From: Methanobacteriota archaeon
GTDB taxonomy: Archaea > Thermoplasmatota > Poseidoniia > Poseidoniales > Thalassarchaeaceae
Assembly: GCA_019654055.1 (NCBI GenBank)
Contig: BPDA01000003.1
Location: forward strand, 161 to 64,160
Direction of reading: 5' to 3'
DNA length: 64,000 bases
Shown here in pieces: positions 1-10,052 of the stretch. The notes under the pieces were generated by a model. It saw nothing but the letters and a program-made list of their open reading frames with translations, was not told the origin of the DNA and made no database searches. Every line of letters starts with the position of its first letter. Position 1 is the first letter of the stretch. A program made the translations under genes and the position numbers.

Positions 1-860
1 AGACGCTGTACCTAGATTGGGAGGCCGAGCCCTACACCCTGACCTATGAGGTGGGCAAGTTGGTCGTCATAGATGGCACCATAGGGAGCGATGGCGAGGA
101 GTGGTGGATCGAGGGGGATGCCCCGACCGACCGGCTCTGCATGCTCCCGTCCTCCGAAGACTTGGCTGACGACATAGTGGGTCAGTCGGGGGACTGGGGA
201 GGCAGGCTGGCATGGTCCACTGACGAGGCCGAGGTATGTCTCGACCGAGGCTACGTCGAGGCCCTACAGCACCCCGCAGGCCAGTTCGGCGACGATCTCA
301 TGACGATGAAGGAGGTGGTCGAGGACCCGTTCGCCCACGTGGGCAACAGCTACCAGTTCGAGGGCTGGATCACCGATCCAATCTCGCCGGACTATGACAA
401 GGGATATGTCGGTGACGGGCCAGGCTACTACGACAGGGACACCAAACTCAGGATAGAGTTCGTCGGCGAGCACGCGGAGTGGATTGAGGCCGATCAGGCG
501 ATTCGGTTCAATGCCACGGTGCTGTGGTCGGAGTCTGAGGGCAGGATCGTCCTGGAGGCGCGGTCATGGCTGCTCGGGGAGGCGCCGGCGCCGTCTGTGC
601 TCAACTGGGGCGATGGCTACAACTCGTGGAGGTGGGACATCGGCAAGCTGGTGCAAATCACTGGCGAGGCGGTGATGGATGAGGACGGTAGCCAGTGGAT
701 TTCACGCTCCGGCTCAGATGAGAGGGTCTGCCTGCTGGGCGACGGTACCGAGGCCAGCCAGCAGGAGCAAATCGGCGAGCCCATCGAATGGACCGGTCGT
801 CTGACTATGACCGAGGACTCGATAGGTAACTCGGCGCAATTCTGCATCGACATACGCTGA
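1..860 (+). CDS. hypothetical protein, 5' end outside window; internally repeated module
   Basis: The frame of the listed 51..860 ORF stays open back to base 3 (TLYLDWEAEPYTLTYE), so the GTG at 51 is probably internal. Two similar modules are present (GKLVVIDGT...WGGRLAW...VCLD and GKLVQITGE...WTGRLTM...FCID). No family recognised. Confidence 0.5.
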   Translation, partial: TLYLDWEAEPYTLTYEVGKLVVIDGTIGSDGEEWWIEGDAPTDRLCMLPSSEDLADDIVGQSGDWGGRLAWSTDEAEVCLDRGYVEALQHPAGQFGDDLMTMKEVVEDPFAHVGNSYQFEGWITDPISPDYDKGYVGDGPGYYDRDTKLRIEFVGEHAEWIEADQAIRFNATVLWSESEGRIVLEARSWLLGEAPAPSVLNWGDGYNSWRWDIGKLVQITGEAVMDEDGSQWISRSGSDERVCLLGDGTEASQQEQIGEPIEWTGRLTMTEDSIGNSAQFCIDIR

Positions 861-869
861 GGTGATTCA

Positions 870-2525
870 ATGGACCCCTGGGTGCTGGACTTCGGTTGGC
901 TGATTGGCTCCTACCTGTTCGGCATCATGCTGGGCTGCCTGACCGGTCTGATTCCCGGGTTCCATGTCAACAACGTGGCCTTAATCGCATTGAGTCTCTC
1001 TCCTGTTGCAGTCGCCATAGGGATCCCTCTGGATGCGGTGGCAGGAATCATCGTGGCCTGCGGCACTGTGCACACATTCCTGAACTACATCCCGAGCGCC
1101 CTCGTGGGAGCTCCTGACGACAACATGGCGCTCGCCCTGCTGCCTGGGCACCGCATGCTAATCTCAGGGCAGGCCGCACAGGGGGTCGCATACTCGGCTC
1201 GTGGCTCGCAGATGGGCATGCTGATGTCCATTCCCCTGCTAATCGTTGCGAGGTTGCTGTTCGGAGAGGATCCTGGACTAGGCCTGTATGAGTCCAGCCG
1301 CGATGTCCTCCCCTGGCTGCTACTAATTATCTCGATATTCCTAATCATGACCGAAACGACCAGATTGGCGTGGCCGGAGTGGAGCCAGCGTCTGACCAGC
1401 AGGCTCGTCTTACCTCTGCCGCGCAAGATCGAGTTCAACATACCAATTGGGAAGTTCAACATCCACCGCAGATGGGAGAACCTAGACCTGAGACTGGGCA
1501 GCAGCTCGAGGACCGCAGGGATGCTCGCTGCGACTTTCTTCTTCCTGCTCACAGGATTCTACGGCTGGGCTGTGTTTGAGCTGCCCGGTCGCTCGCCAAT
1601 TGGGATGCCATCAGCCACCCTGCTATTCCCAGGCCTAGCCGGTCTGTTCGGGATAGCCAACCTAATCGACATCTACGTCACGACCTCGGAGATCCCTCCT
1701 CAGGAGGCCAACTGGGAGATGCCTCCGATGAAGCCGCTCGCAATCCCGACTTTCCTGTCCGCGATCGTCTCCTCAGTGATGGCCATCCTACCCGGGATGA
1801 CTGCCGCTCAGGCGACTGTGGTAGTCATGAGTATGCGCAACCTCTGGGGTAGGCTGACAGACCCCGACTACATCCCTGCAGACTTCGAGCACGGCATCCA
1901 GCCGGGCTTCACGCCGAAGGCATCGCCGCTGGATGTGGATGACCTCGACGAACTCTCGGACGAGGAGAGGGAGATCTTTGAGGAAGTCCTGACCGAGGCC
2001 GGAGTCAGTCCCGACCTAGACCTAGGGGCCCAGAGCCAGCAGCAGGACCTCGAAGTCATCGCGGTGCTATCCTCGGTGAACACCGCTGTCACGGTGATGG
2101 TCCTAGGTTTCCTATACATGGTCGGCAGGCCGCGCTCGGGGGCCGCGCTGGCACTCAACATGATGTATCCCATCGACATGTGGAACGCCGTCGAGCCCCC
2201 AGCTGATTTCATCAGACTGTTGGGAATCACAATTGCCTCTGGTCTGTTCGCGGTTCCGGTTATGATCAAGGTCGGCAAGGGGATGCTTAAGATGCACGAA
2301 ATTGTCCCCCTGAGGACGCTGGTATTCTCAGTCACCGGATTCATCGCGATTCTGGTCTGGCTATCCACCGGGTGGATAGGGCTTGGAGTCCTAATCATCG
2401 GAACTGCGATGGGTCTGATGCCGCCTCGGATAGGCATCCGGCGCAGCCACGCGATGGGGATTATACTAGTCCCGATAATGATGTACACGTTCGCGCGAGA
2501 ATTCGACGGATTCGGCTTCATATGA
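870..2525 (+). CDS. polytopic membrane protein, TctA/DUF112-like transporter family (tentative)
   Basis: 551 aa with many hydrophobic segments. The N-terminal GCLTGLIPGFHVNN resembles the PG motif of TctA/DUF112 proteins. Contains an acidic loop DVDDLDELSDEEREIFEE. Starts 9 nt after the upstream stop. Confidence 0.45.
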   Translation: MDPWVLDFGWLIGSYLFGIMLGCLTGLIPGFHVNNVALIALSLSPVAVAIGIPLDAVAGIIVACGTVHTFLNYIPSALVGAPDDNMALALLPGHRMLISGQAAQGVAYSARGSQMGMLMSIPLLIVARLLFGEDPGLGLYESSRDVLPWLLLIISIFLIMTETTRLAWPEWSQRLTSRLVLPLPRKIEFNIPIGKFNIHRRWENLDLRLGSSSRTAGMLAATFFFLLTGFYGWAVFELPGRSPIGMPSATLLFPGLAGLFGIANLIDIYVTTSEIPPQEANWEMPPMKPLAIPTFLSAIVSSVMAILPGMTAAQATVVVMSMRNLWGRLTDPDYIPADFEHGIQPGFTPKASPLDVDDLDELSDEEREIFEEVLTEAGVSPDLDLGAQSQQQDLEVIAVLSSVNTAVTVMVLGFLYMVGRPRSGAALALNMMYPIDMWNAVEPPADFIRLLGITIASGLFAVPVMIKVGKGMLKMHEIVPLRTLVFSVTGFIAILVWLSTGWIGLGVLIIGTAMGLMPPRIGIRRSHAMGIILVPIMMYTFAREFDGFGFI

Positions 2526-2602
2526 GTCCAATACCGCGGTTTAGCACATTCTGAACGCAGTGTAACGCTTATCTCAGATACCCTTGTGTGCGCACGTAGA
2601 GA

Positions 2603-5386
2603 GTGCATACCATGAACCGTAAATCGATAGCAATGATGCTCACAGGAATAATCCTAGTCAGTCTAAACATGTTCGTCCTGACCGGGGTAGTCGCAAGCAA
2701 CGTCCAAGCCGGAGTCGGGGAACTGATTGTCGCCGACAGAGATGGAGTGATAGAAGATGGTCAGGAAGAGCCGGACAAGTGGGAGAGAGATGATTGGCTA
2801 GTACAGACCTCCGAGAGAGCCTACTTCGCCTACAACCTGACGGACACAGATTGGCGAAACAGTGGACATGATGTCCCACCTTTCGAGAAGATGGGGCCAT
2901 TCATCTACACGGTCACCACGACCAAGGATGTTCTAGACTTCGACCCTGAGGGTGGCACCATCACCTACTCGGAGTACGACTCGTTTGATTGGTGCGAGAA
3001 TTGCACGTGGGTAGATGAAGAAGGCACCCCGCACGCATCGGTCTCGGGAGACTACGAGTTGACGAATGCGAACATCCTCTGGAACACGCAGAGGATGGCT
3101 GGAGTGGCCACCGGGATAACCTACGGCGAGATATTTGCTAAGGCTGGATTCACTCAGATGATGCTAATCAACGACATGCAGAACAGGGCGCCCAGCATCT
3201 GGGCAGCCAGCCAGATTGGCATGATGGTCCCCGGGGCATCACAGGCACTCCAGGATGCTGGCTACGACGAGGCAACCGCCGACGCCATGGCACCGGCTGC
3301 AGTCCTTAGGGGCTCGTATGACAACTGGCTCGCGCAGAGCGGCGCCAGCGACGTCGGCCCCGACTTCGCCGCATCCGCGCAGAGCATCTTGTATGATGCG
3401 GTCGACCCATCGACTGGGATTTGCATAGCGCTGACATGCGACATAGGGCCCATGCTGGTTGCTGGAATGGGGGAGCCTAGTGAAGCTACGACCTCCTCAC
3501 GCGCCGCGCTTCTAGGATACGCAAGCACCGACCCCGAGGAGCTTGCACACATCGACTGGGCTGTGTACGCACTGGCCGGGACGATCTTCCAGTCACAGGG
3601 CGGCGGGGAGGACCTCTCAACCCTATCCAACGCGTCCTTGCGCGCGAGACTGGCGGAGGTCAGCGGAGTCGATATAGCCAACCCAGTGGCCTTGAACAAC
3701 ATTCTTTGGGGAACCGAGGGCTCGAGCCCGAACAACGGAATCCTTTCCGTTTCGGACTTCCAGGGAATCCCTCTATACGGGGTCGCGCTGTTCCTGCTAG
3801 GTGCTCAGGGCGACGTCTTCGGAACGATGCTTACCTACGGCATTGGGCTGACCCAACTGATGGGTCTCGCCTATGACTGGGCAGGGATTTGGATAGACAT
3901 GGTTGGAGGCGTTCCGCTTGAATTCGAGATGATTCTTGTGGGAGGCTCCGGGACAATGGACGCCAATGCTTGGTGGCAGCACTCGTTCGGCTCCGAGGAG
4001 CCGATTGCCGGAGGATACATCCCAATCGGCCTTAACAGGGGTGATTTCGCTGGCACAGTCGATCTGACCCTTGATCAGGTGCGCGACATCCTGTATGATT
4101 CGGATTACGCACTGACCGGTGACTTCGCTACGGCGTTCGTCTACGGGGAGTTCTCAGGATCCTCCCTACCGGTTGGGTCGGAGGGGCCTGTCATGGGTGG
4201 TGACGTGCATACTTGGGACGATGCCTACGTCGCGGGACTATACGGTATCTCAGAGACAGATGCAGCCGCCCTGAAGAGCTGGGTCAAGGACTTCATGTTC
4301 GAACAGGTTGTAGGGGCTCTGCTAGCATTCCAATATGGCGCTTCAGCATATACCACGCAGCCAATTCATAACTGGCTCTATGGGTGGAGCGATCCCGTAT
4401 TGGTTGGTCTTTATGGGGAGGAGAACAGCTGGGTCAAACTCGAGACCAACGAGACCTACTACGGGTCCGGGGGGAAGAGCACGGGGGACTTCTCGGTCTA
4501 CCAGATGAAGATACCAACCAGCGTTGACGGGTTGAGTACGGCCGAGCACGCCTTCATGGAGGGTTACATCAACTCCGACGGAGACGGGTTGTGCGACTTC
4601 AAACTCGATGCCGCCGGCAACGCCGAATATGGAGTCGAGTGCGAGGCCAACGAGACCTACGGGATGACGGAGCACCTACCGTGGAGGGCCCCTCACAGGG
4701 AAGCTAGTGTGTATGGGCTACTCTCCGACCACGTCGGAAATTCCAACACTGAGATTACTGGGACCATAGGCGGCATTGCAGACGCCGACGAGCCATTCAG
4801 TGTCAATCTAGTTGGATACTCAATAGCACAGACCGAAGTGGGTGAGACCGTGACCTACAAGGGAATCGAGATGGTCGAACATCACGTTGCGCTGGACCCC
4901 GCCGAGAACCAGATCCAGGCCAAGTTGGTTGGATTCAGCTTGGGTGAGGTAGCGGTCCTTCCCGGGGCTCTGCCAGTCTACTTCGGTTCAAGTGTTGACA
5001 TCAAGGTCGAGCCGGTGACCAACGTCGCGATGTACGGCAAGTCGGTTTCTAGATTCTACCTCGACCTCAGATGGGCGGGTGCGATGAACCCTGACTTCAC
5101 CGACGCTGACGGCGACGGCGAGCCAGACGATTGGCAGACGCAGCCGGTATTTGAGATTCACACCTTCAGCGAGATTGGTGATGATGATGCTGCCTCGTTC
5201 AAGTGCACTGTGATTGACCACATGAGTTCTACTTGGTGGACTGACTTCGGTGGCGAGGGCGACTGCGAGCTTGAGGCTTTGACTACCTTCTCATACATCG
5301 CAGCGCTACTCTACGTCGCTGGAATCGGTCTAGCCGTCTACGGTGGCATGGGCCTGATTGCGACCTCCAGAGAAGAAGAGGTATAG
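2603..5386 (+). CDS. CD36/LIMP-2/SR-B-like ectodomain protein with N- and C-terminal TM anchors
   Basis: 927 aa. An N-terminal TM (IAMMLTGIILVSLNMFVLTGVV) and a C-terminal TM (FSYIAALLYVAGIGLAVYGGMGLIA) bracket a large ectodomain. Colinear CD36-family-like blocks are present (YFAYNLTD..GPFIYTV..GGTITYSEY; NWLYGWSDPVL; PVFEIHTFSEIGDDD). Confidence 0.6.
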   Translation: MHTMNRKSIAMMLTGIILVSLNMFVLTGVVASNVQAGVGELIVADRDGVIEDGQEEPDKWERDDWLVQTSERAYFAYNLTDTDWRNSGHDVPPFEKMGPFIYTVTTTKDVLDFDPEGGTITYSEYDSFDWCENCTWVDEEGTPHASVSGDYELTNANILWNTQRMAGVATGITYGEIFAKAGFTQMMLINDMQNRAPSIWAASQIGMMVPGASQALQDAGYDEATADAMAPAAVLRGSYDNWLAQSGASDVGPDFAASAQSILYDAVDPSTGICIALTCDIGPMLVAGMGEPSEATTSSRAALLGYASTDPEELAHIDWAVYALAGTIFQSQGGGEDLSTLSNASLRARLAEVSGVDIANPVALNNILWGTEGSSPNNGILSVSDFQGIPLYGVALFLLGAQGDVFGTMLTYGIGLTQLMGLAYDWAGIWIDMVGGVPLEFEMILVGGSGTMDANAWWQHSFGSEEPIAGGYIPIGLNRGDFAGTVDLTLDQVRDILYDSDYALTGDFATAFVYGEFSGSSLPVGSEGPVMGGDVHTWDDAYVAGLYGISETDAAALKSWVKDFMFEQVVGALLAFQYGASAYTTQPIHNWLYGWSDPVLVGLYGEENSWVKLETNETYYGSGGKSTGDFSVYQMKIPTSVDGLSTAEHAFMEGYINSDGDGLCDFKLDAAGNAEYGVECEANETYGMTEHLPWRAPHREASVYGLLSDHVGNSNTEITGTIGGIADADEPFSVNLVGYSIAQTEVGETVTYKGIEMVEHHVALDPAENQIQAKLVGFSLGEVAVLPGALPVYFGSSVDIKVEPVTNVAMYGKSVSRFYLDLRWAGAMNPDFTDADGDGEPDDWQTQPVFEIHTFSEIGDDDAASFKCTVIDHMSSTWWTDFGGEGDCELEALTTFSYIAALLYVAGIGLAVYGGMGLIATSREEEV

Positions 5387-5477
5387 TAGCCCCCGATTCA
5401 CATAGTCAGCCGGCTATGCCGGCTGCGGGCCCGCGTGCACGAAGGGTTGAACCCATGTCGTCCAGCAGCACCGCCCC

Positions 5478-8400
5478 ATGAGTGTACGCCCTAGGCGCTG
5501 TGCGGCGGCGCTCTCGCTGGGCATCTTGATGCTGATGTCGCTGTCGCCGGTCCTGATTGACGGACTTGGCGGAACGGGACCTGCAAGAAGCGCCTCCAAC
5601 CGCTCCACGAACTGCTCAGCGATATGCATCAACGAGATGATGCCCAACGCCGACGGCTCCGATCAGGGTGTGTTCCCGAACGGGGAGTGGGTCGAGCTGC
5701 ACAACTCGGGCTCAGTGGGCATCAGCCTTGAGAGTTGGACCCTTGAGGATGTCGGCGGCTGGATTCACCCAATCGATTCGTCAACCTGGGTTGGTTTCGA
5801 CCAGCTCCCCAATCCATACGTCATTTCAGCTGGCTCCTACGTCGTAATCGCCGAGAACGAGGTCGGCACCCTGAGGCTGAACAACGCAGGCGAGACGCTG
5901 TACCTCAAGGATGCCAGCGGGGCCATCATCCACACAGTGACTACCGGCGAGGCATCCAACGGGATCTCGAAGATTCCCACTGCTGATTCATCTGCGGATT
6001 GGGTCGACTCAGAGGAGAACACCCCCGGGGCTGAGAACTCCGAGGGGACAGGTGGTGGCGGAGGAGAGACAGGGGGGACTCCCTACGATCTCACTCGGGT
6101 GATGATGATGCCGAGCGGGGCCGAGGTCACTGGACTGCATGTCAACTCACTGGGTAATCTGTTCGTCAACGCGATGCACCCCGACGATGATTACTACGAT
6201 GCCACGGTCGGGGTGGTCAACGGGGTTGATTGGAATGCCCTTCCGGATGTGGTTCCTGAGCTCGAGCTTTCCAGTAGCGAATGGGATGTCTGGCATGGCG
6301 TAAGGGTGTCTCACGGAGATTACCAGGTGCTCGTGCAAAGCGGTGATGGGCTGTCCGAGGGGGGTGTTGCAGGGGGTATCTACGCTGTCGATGACGGTGA
6401 GCTCCTGTTCACCAGCCAGAAGCCAGACTTCAACGCCTTCGTCCCCCTGAACCCACAGGGCACCAGAGGCTATCTGTACACTACCTGGGAGAGTCGGCCT
6501 GCAGGGGTGAGTCAGCTCTTGATTCAGTGGAACTCGGCCTCGGAGGAATGGGACGTCCTAGGTGGCTTGATGCAGGACCTCAGCGGGATGAACGGTGGAT
6601 GGGTGCTGTGCTTTGGCTCAATCAGCCCGTGGGGCACTCCACTTCTCTCCGAAGAGCTCTACTTCGCCGACACAGAAAACTGGAACGACCCCGGTTACCA
6701 TTATCACTCAGACCAACAGGAACTGGCCGATTACTTGGGCTACTACCCCAATCCATACGATTACGGTTGGATCGTTGAGATAGAGGATGCGGATACGCCG
6801 ACGCCGACCTTCGAAAAGCAACTCTCGATGGGCAGATTCTCACACGAGAACGCTCAGGTTATGCCCGATCAGAGGACGGTGTACCTGTCTGACGACGAGT
6901 ACGGGACGGTGCTGTTCAAATTCATGGCTGACACGCCAGGTGACCTAGAATCGGGTACCTTGTATGCTGCTAGGGTCACACAGGACTTAGGAAGTAATCC
7001 CGCTACCACTGGGTTCGACGTTCAGTGGGTGGAGTTGGCTTCATCCAGCGATTCTCAGATTGAGGCTTGGATAGACGAGTATGATGGCATCACCACTGCG
7101 GATTTCGTCGATGGTGAGAACTCTTACATCTCCAATCAGGAGATCAACGACTGGGCCGAGGGAATCCTAGACGACGATTTGGATGGTGACGGCGATGTCG
7201 GTTCGGCAGTCGACGACAGGGTCGCATTCCTCGAATCAAGGAAGGCTGCCGGAGCCATCGGGGCCACCGACGAGTGGAACAAGATGGAGGGAGTTGTCTT
7301 CAACCCCGCAGCACCTGGTTACGTGTATCTGGCAATGTCGGACATCCGATACGACATGAGCGACTCGCAAGGAGACATCAGGCTGTCCGAGAACCGCTGC
7401 GGGATAGTCTACAGGATGCCGGTTGAGGACGACTGGGATGTCAGTCGGATTGAGCCGGTTATCGCTGGTGGAACCTACTCATCCGGCTCGTGCGACCCGA
7501 ACCGAATAGCCGGACCCGACAACCTAGCTGTGCTCGATGATGGCAGGGTCCTAGTGGCCGAGGACACCGGCAAGCACGACAACAACATGCTATGGCTCTG
7601 GGATCCTCCCGTCGAGCCGACCGAATGGGACGGCGAGTACGACGTGAAGTTCACCCGCATCATGCCTGCAGAGGTCCCGGACAGGGACAACGACTGGTTC
7701 GAGTTGACCAACACGGGGGACTCGGTTGTCAATCTGGCTGGCTGGACCATCGAACGCATCCGCTCGACCGAACCCTGGGTATCTATGGTCAACGATCTAA
7801 CAATCGATGCAGGTGCGTCAGTGGTGCTGACCGAGAACCCAGCCAACCTACTCGCGGACGGGGGCATCGAGGCCCTCGATGGCAACGTCGTGCTGAACAA
7901 CATGCCCTGGTTAGTTGACTCCGGCAGCGCCCTGCAGCTGAAGGCCCCCGACGGCACCGTGGTGGATGCCATAGCCTTCGGCGGTGGAATCGCCGAGATT
8001 AATGGCTGGCAGGGCGCTGCCGTGTCAGTACCCGGAGATGGGACACCTGGGCTCATCCTGATGCGCGGCGGCGGCTGCGGAGACTACCCCGACACAGATA
8101 CCGGGTCGGACTGGGAGCAGCGATGGATTAGGATTGGCGCCTCGACCTTTTGTGATGGAGGGCACTTCACGACAGGAGCAGCCTCGTCCGTATCCGCCTC
8201 AATAGGCCCAGATTCGGCCTTCAACGACTTGAAGCAGTGGATTGAGGCTGCCGAGAGTTCCATCCACCTGCACGTCTACCAGTTCATGAGCCCCGATCTG
8301 ACCCAAACGCTCCTCGATGCGATTGCCAGAGGGGTCGAGGTGACGCTGCTGCTTGAAGAAGGGATTCTCGATGGCAGCAGCACGGTCAACAACCAGAGGG

Positions 8401-10052
8401 GGCACGCACAGACTCTGCATGATGCGGGTGCGACGGTTCTCTGGATGGAGGACCCTACTCAGATCAGTTCGCCTTACGCGTTCATTCACAGCAAGGTGGC
8501 TGTCAGAGACTCTGAGAGCGTGTGGATCTCGTCTGGTAACTGGAAAGACACCAGCGTGCCTCCCGATGGGGTAGGCAACCGCGAGTGGTCAGTGATATTG
8601 AACTCCCAAGCCGCTGCCGAGTTGGTCCTGTCCCGGATGGCATGGGACGAGAATGCTCAGCATCTGCACATCTTCCCTCACTCGTCTTGGCACGCTCCGA
8701 CTTTCGACTGGACCATGGAGGAGCCGTGGCACGAGGGCGAACTGACGCCCATCGAGTACCATCAGGGTCCGTTCGATGCCCAACTCCTGACTTGTCCTGA
8801 TGACTGCGTCACGGGCATAGTCTCGATGATCGAATCAGCGCAGCAATCAATCGAACTTTCTGTGCAGTATTTGGATCTGGACTGGTACTGGGGCTTCGGT
8901 GAAAACCCAATCATTGCTGCTCTCCACGATGCAGCGCAGAGAGGCGTAAGCATACGCCTGATGCTGAACGGATTCTACGCAGAGTGGGACGAAGAGATTC
9001 GCGATGCCATCCACATGTTCAACACGGATTGGAACGCGACCGAGGGGCTCGATGCCACGGCGCGGCTGATGGCCTACTCCGACACCATCGTCAAACTGCA
9101 CAACAAGGGCGCCATCATCGATGGCTCAAGTGTTCTCGTTGGAAGCATGAACTGGGGTTCAAGTGCGGCATTGAGGAACCGCGAGATGGGTGTGCTGATC
9201 CACCATCAGGGGCTCGCCGCTGAATACTCTGCCTCCTTTGAGGAGGACTGGAACAGATTGGATCCGACTACCGACTCAGACGGTGACTTGCTCCCGGACC
9301 AGTGGGAGGTCGAGTACGGGCTCAACCGGCACTCTGCGGCCGTCCTCGGTACAGCCCTCAGCGAGCAGTCTCTGGACCCTGACGAGGACGGGTTGAACAA
9401 CCTCGAGGAGTTCCAGTTGAACGGGGACCCGTTGTCCAATGACACCGACGGCGACTGCATACCCGACGGTGAGGAGTCGGCATTCGCGCAAAGCGTACTC
9501 CGCTCGCCCTCATTCGCCATGACTTCCGGAGACGTGGACGAGAACGGCGTACCAGACGGGGAGCAGTACGGCTGCCAGACCATAGTGGACGGAGGCGGGA
9601 CCGGTGGCGGGGATGACGGTGAGGCAGGAGGTAACGACTCAGTGGAGGAAGAGCCCGACGACGGCTTCCTCAACATCAGGGAAGATCCGCTATCTAGGCC
9701 GGGGGCGAAATTCCTGTTCTGGTTGATGGTCATTTCCACGATATCACTGGCTCTGGCCGGAGCCTCGATGTTCCTGCAGCCCCGCAAGGGTACAGACGAG
9801 GTTCTCGTCGACGACTCCGGCTACAAGTTCGACGACCCGGACTCCAGTCTGGCGATTCTCAAAGGGACCAGTTTTGACGAAGGGGCAGAGGACGCGCGCG
9901 CGCGAAAGGAGGGGCGAGATGACGGCTCGCACGGCTCCATCAGACTGGATGGTTTCGGATTCGAATCCTCCACGCGTGACGAGGTCCAGTGGATGCTAGA
10001 TCAGGGGCACACGATGGATGAGGTTCGCGCCGAGCTCGGAGAGGAGGAGTGA
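5478..10052 (+). CDS. giant anchored ecto-phosphoesterase: LTD - PhoX/DUF839-like phosphatase - LTD - PLD-superfamily (2x HKD) - TSP3-like repeats - TM - cytoplasmic tail
   Basis: 1524 aa with an N-terminal signal/TM. Two lamin-tail-domain-like segments (CINEMMPN..GEWVELHNSG; FTRIMPAEVPDRDNDWFELTNTG). PhoX-like core (MGRFSHENAQVMPDQRTVYLSDDEYG; PDNLAVLDDGRVLVAEDTG). Two HKD motifs (FIHSKVAVRDSESVWISSGNW; KLHNKGAIIDGSSVLVGSMNWG). D-rich repeats (DSDGDLLPD, DPDEDGLNN, DTDGDCIPD). C-terminal TM FLFWLMVISTISLALAGASMFL. Confidence 0.8.
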   Translation: MSVRPRRCAAALSLGILMLMSLSPVLIDGLGGTGPARSASNRSTNCSAICINEMMPNADGSDQGVFPNGEWVELHNSGSVGISLESWTLEDVGGWIHPIDSSTWVGFDQLPNPYVISAGSYVVIAENEVGTLRLNNAGETLYLKDASGAIIHTVTTGEASNGISKIPTADSSADWVDSEENTPGAENSEGTGGGGGETGGTPYDLTRVMMMPSGAEVTGLHVNSLGNLFVNAMHPDDDYYDATVGVVNGVDWNALPDVVPELELSSSEWDVWHGVRVSHGDYQVLVQSGDGLSEGGVAGGIYAVDDGELLFTSQKPDFNAFVPLNPQGTRGYLYTTWESRPAGVSQLLIQWNSASEEWDVLGGLMQDLSGMNGGWVLCFGSISPWGTPLLSEELYFADTENWNDPGYHYHSDQQELADYLGYYPNPYDYGWIVEIEDADTPTPTFEKQLSMGRFSHENAQVMPDQRTVYLSDDEYGTVLFKFMADTPGDLESGTLYAARVTQDLGSNPATTGFDVQWVELASSSDSQIEAWIDEYDGITTADFVDGENSYISNQEINDWAEGILDDDLDGDGDVGSAVDDRVAFLESRKAAGAIGATDEWNKMEGVVFNPAAPGYVYLAMSDIRYDMSDSQGDIRLSENRCGIVYRMPVEDDWDVSRIEPVIAGGTYSSGSCDPNRIAGPDNLAVLDDGRVLVAEDTGKHDNNMLWLWDPPVEPTEWDGEYDVKFTRIMPAEVPDRDNDWFELTNTGDSVVNLAGWTIERIRSTEPWVSMVNDLTIDAGASVVLTENPANLLADGGIEALDGNVVLNNMPWLVDSGSALQLKAPDGTVVDAIAFGGGIAEINGWQGAAVSVPGDGTPGLILMRGGGCGDYPDTDTGSDWEQRWIRIGASTFCDGGHFTTGAASSVSASIGPDSAFNDLKQWIEAAESSIHLHVYQFMSPDLTQTLLDAIARGVEVTLLLEEGILDGSSTVNNQRGHAQTLHDAGATVLWMEDPTQISSPYAFIHSKVAVRDSESVWISSGNWKDTSVPPDGVGNREWSVILNSQAAAELVLSRMAWDENAQHLHIFPHSSWHAPTFDWTMEEPWHEGELTPIEYHQGPFDAQLLTCPDDCVTGIVSMIESAQQSIELSVQYLDLDWYWGFGENPIIAALHDAAQRGVSIRLMLNGFYAEWDEEIRDAIHMFNTDWNATEGLDATARLMAYSDTIVKLHNKGAIIDGSSVLVGSMNWGSSAALRNREMGVLIHHQGLAAEYSASFEEDWNRLDPTTDSDGDLLPDQWEVEYGLNRHSAAVLGTALSEQSLDPDEDGLNNLEEFQLNGDPLSNDTDGDCIPDGEESAFAQSVLRSPSFAMTSGDVDENGVPDGEQYGCQTIVDGGGTGGGDDGEAGGNDSVEEEPDDGFLNIREDPLSRPGAKFLFWLMVISTISLALAGASMFLQPRKGTDEVLVDDSGYKFDDPDSSLAILKGTSFDEGAEDARARKEGRDDGSHGSIRLDGFGFESSTRDEVQWMLDQGHTMDEVRAELGEEE

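Noticed and set aside
5407-5435. Perfect 7-bp stem hairpin (cagccgg-ctatg-ccggctg) followed by the palindrome gcgggcccgc, just after the CD36-like gene stop. Considered as a terminator or regulatory RNA.
   Set aside because: No adjacent oligo-T tract is present (archaeal termination relies on T-runs). It is a single short GC hairpin in GC-rich DNA and could arise by chance. Kept as a note only.
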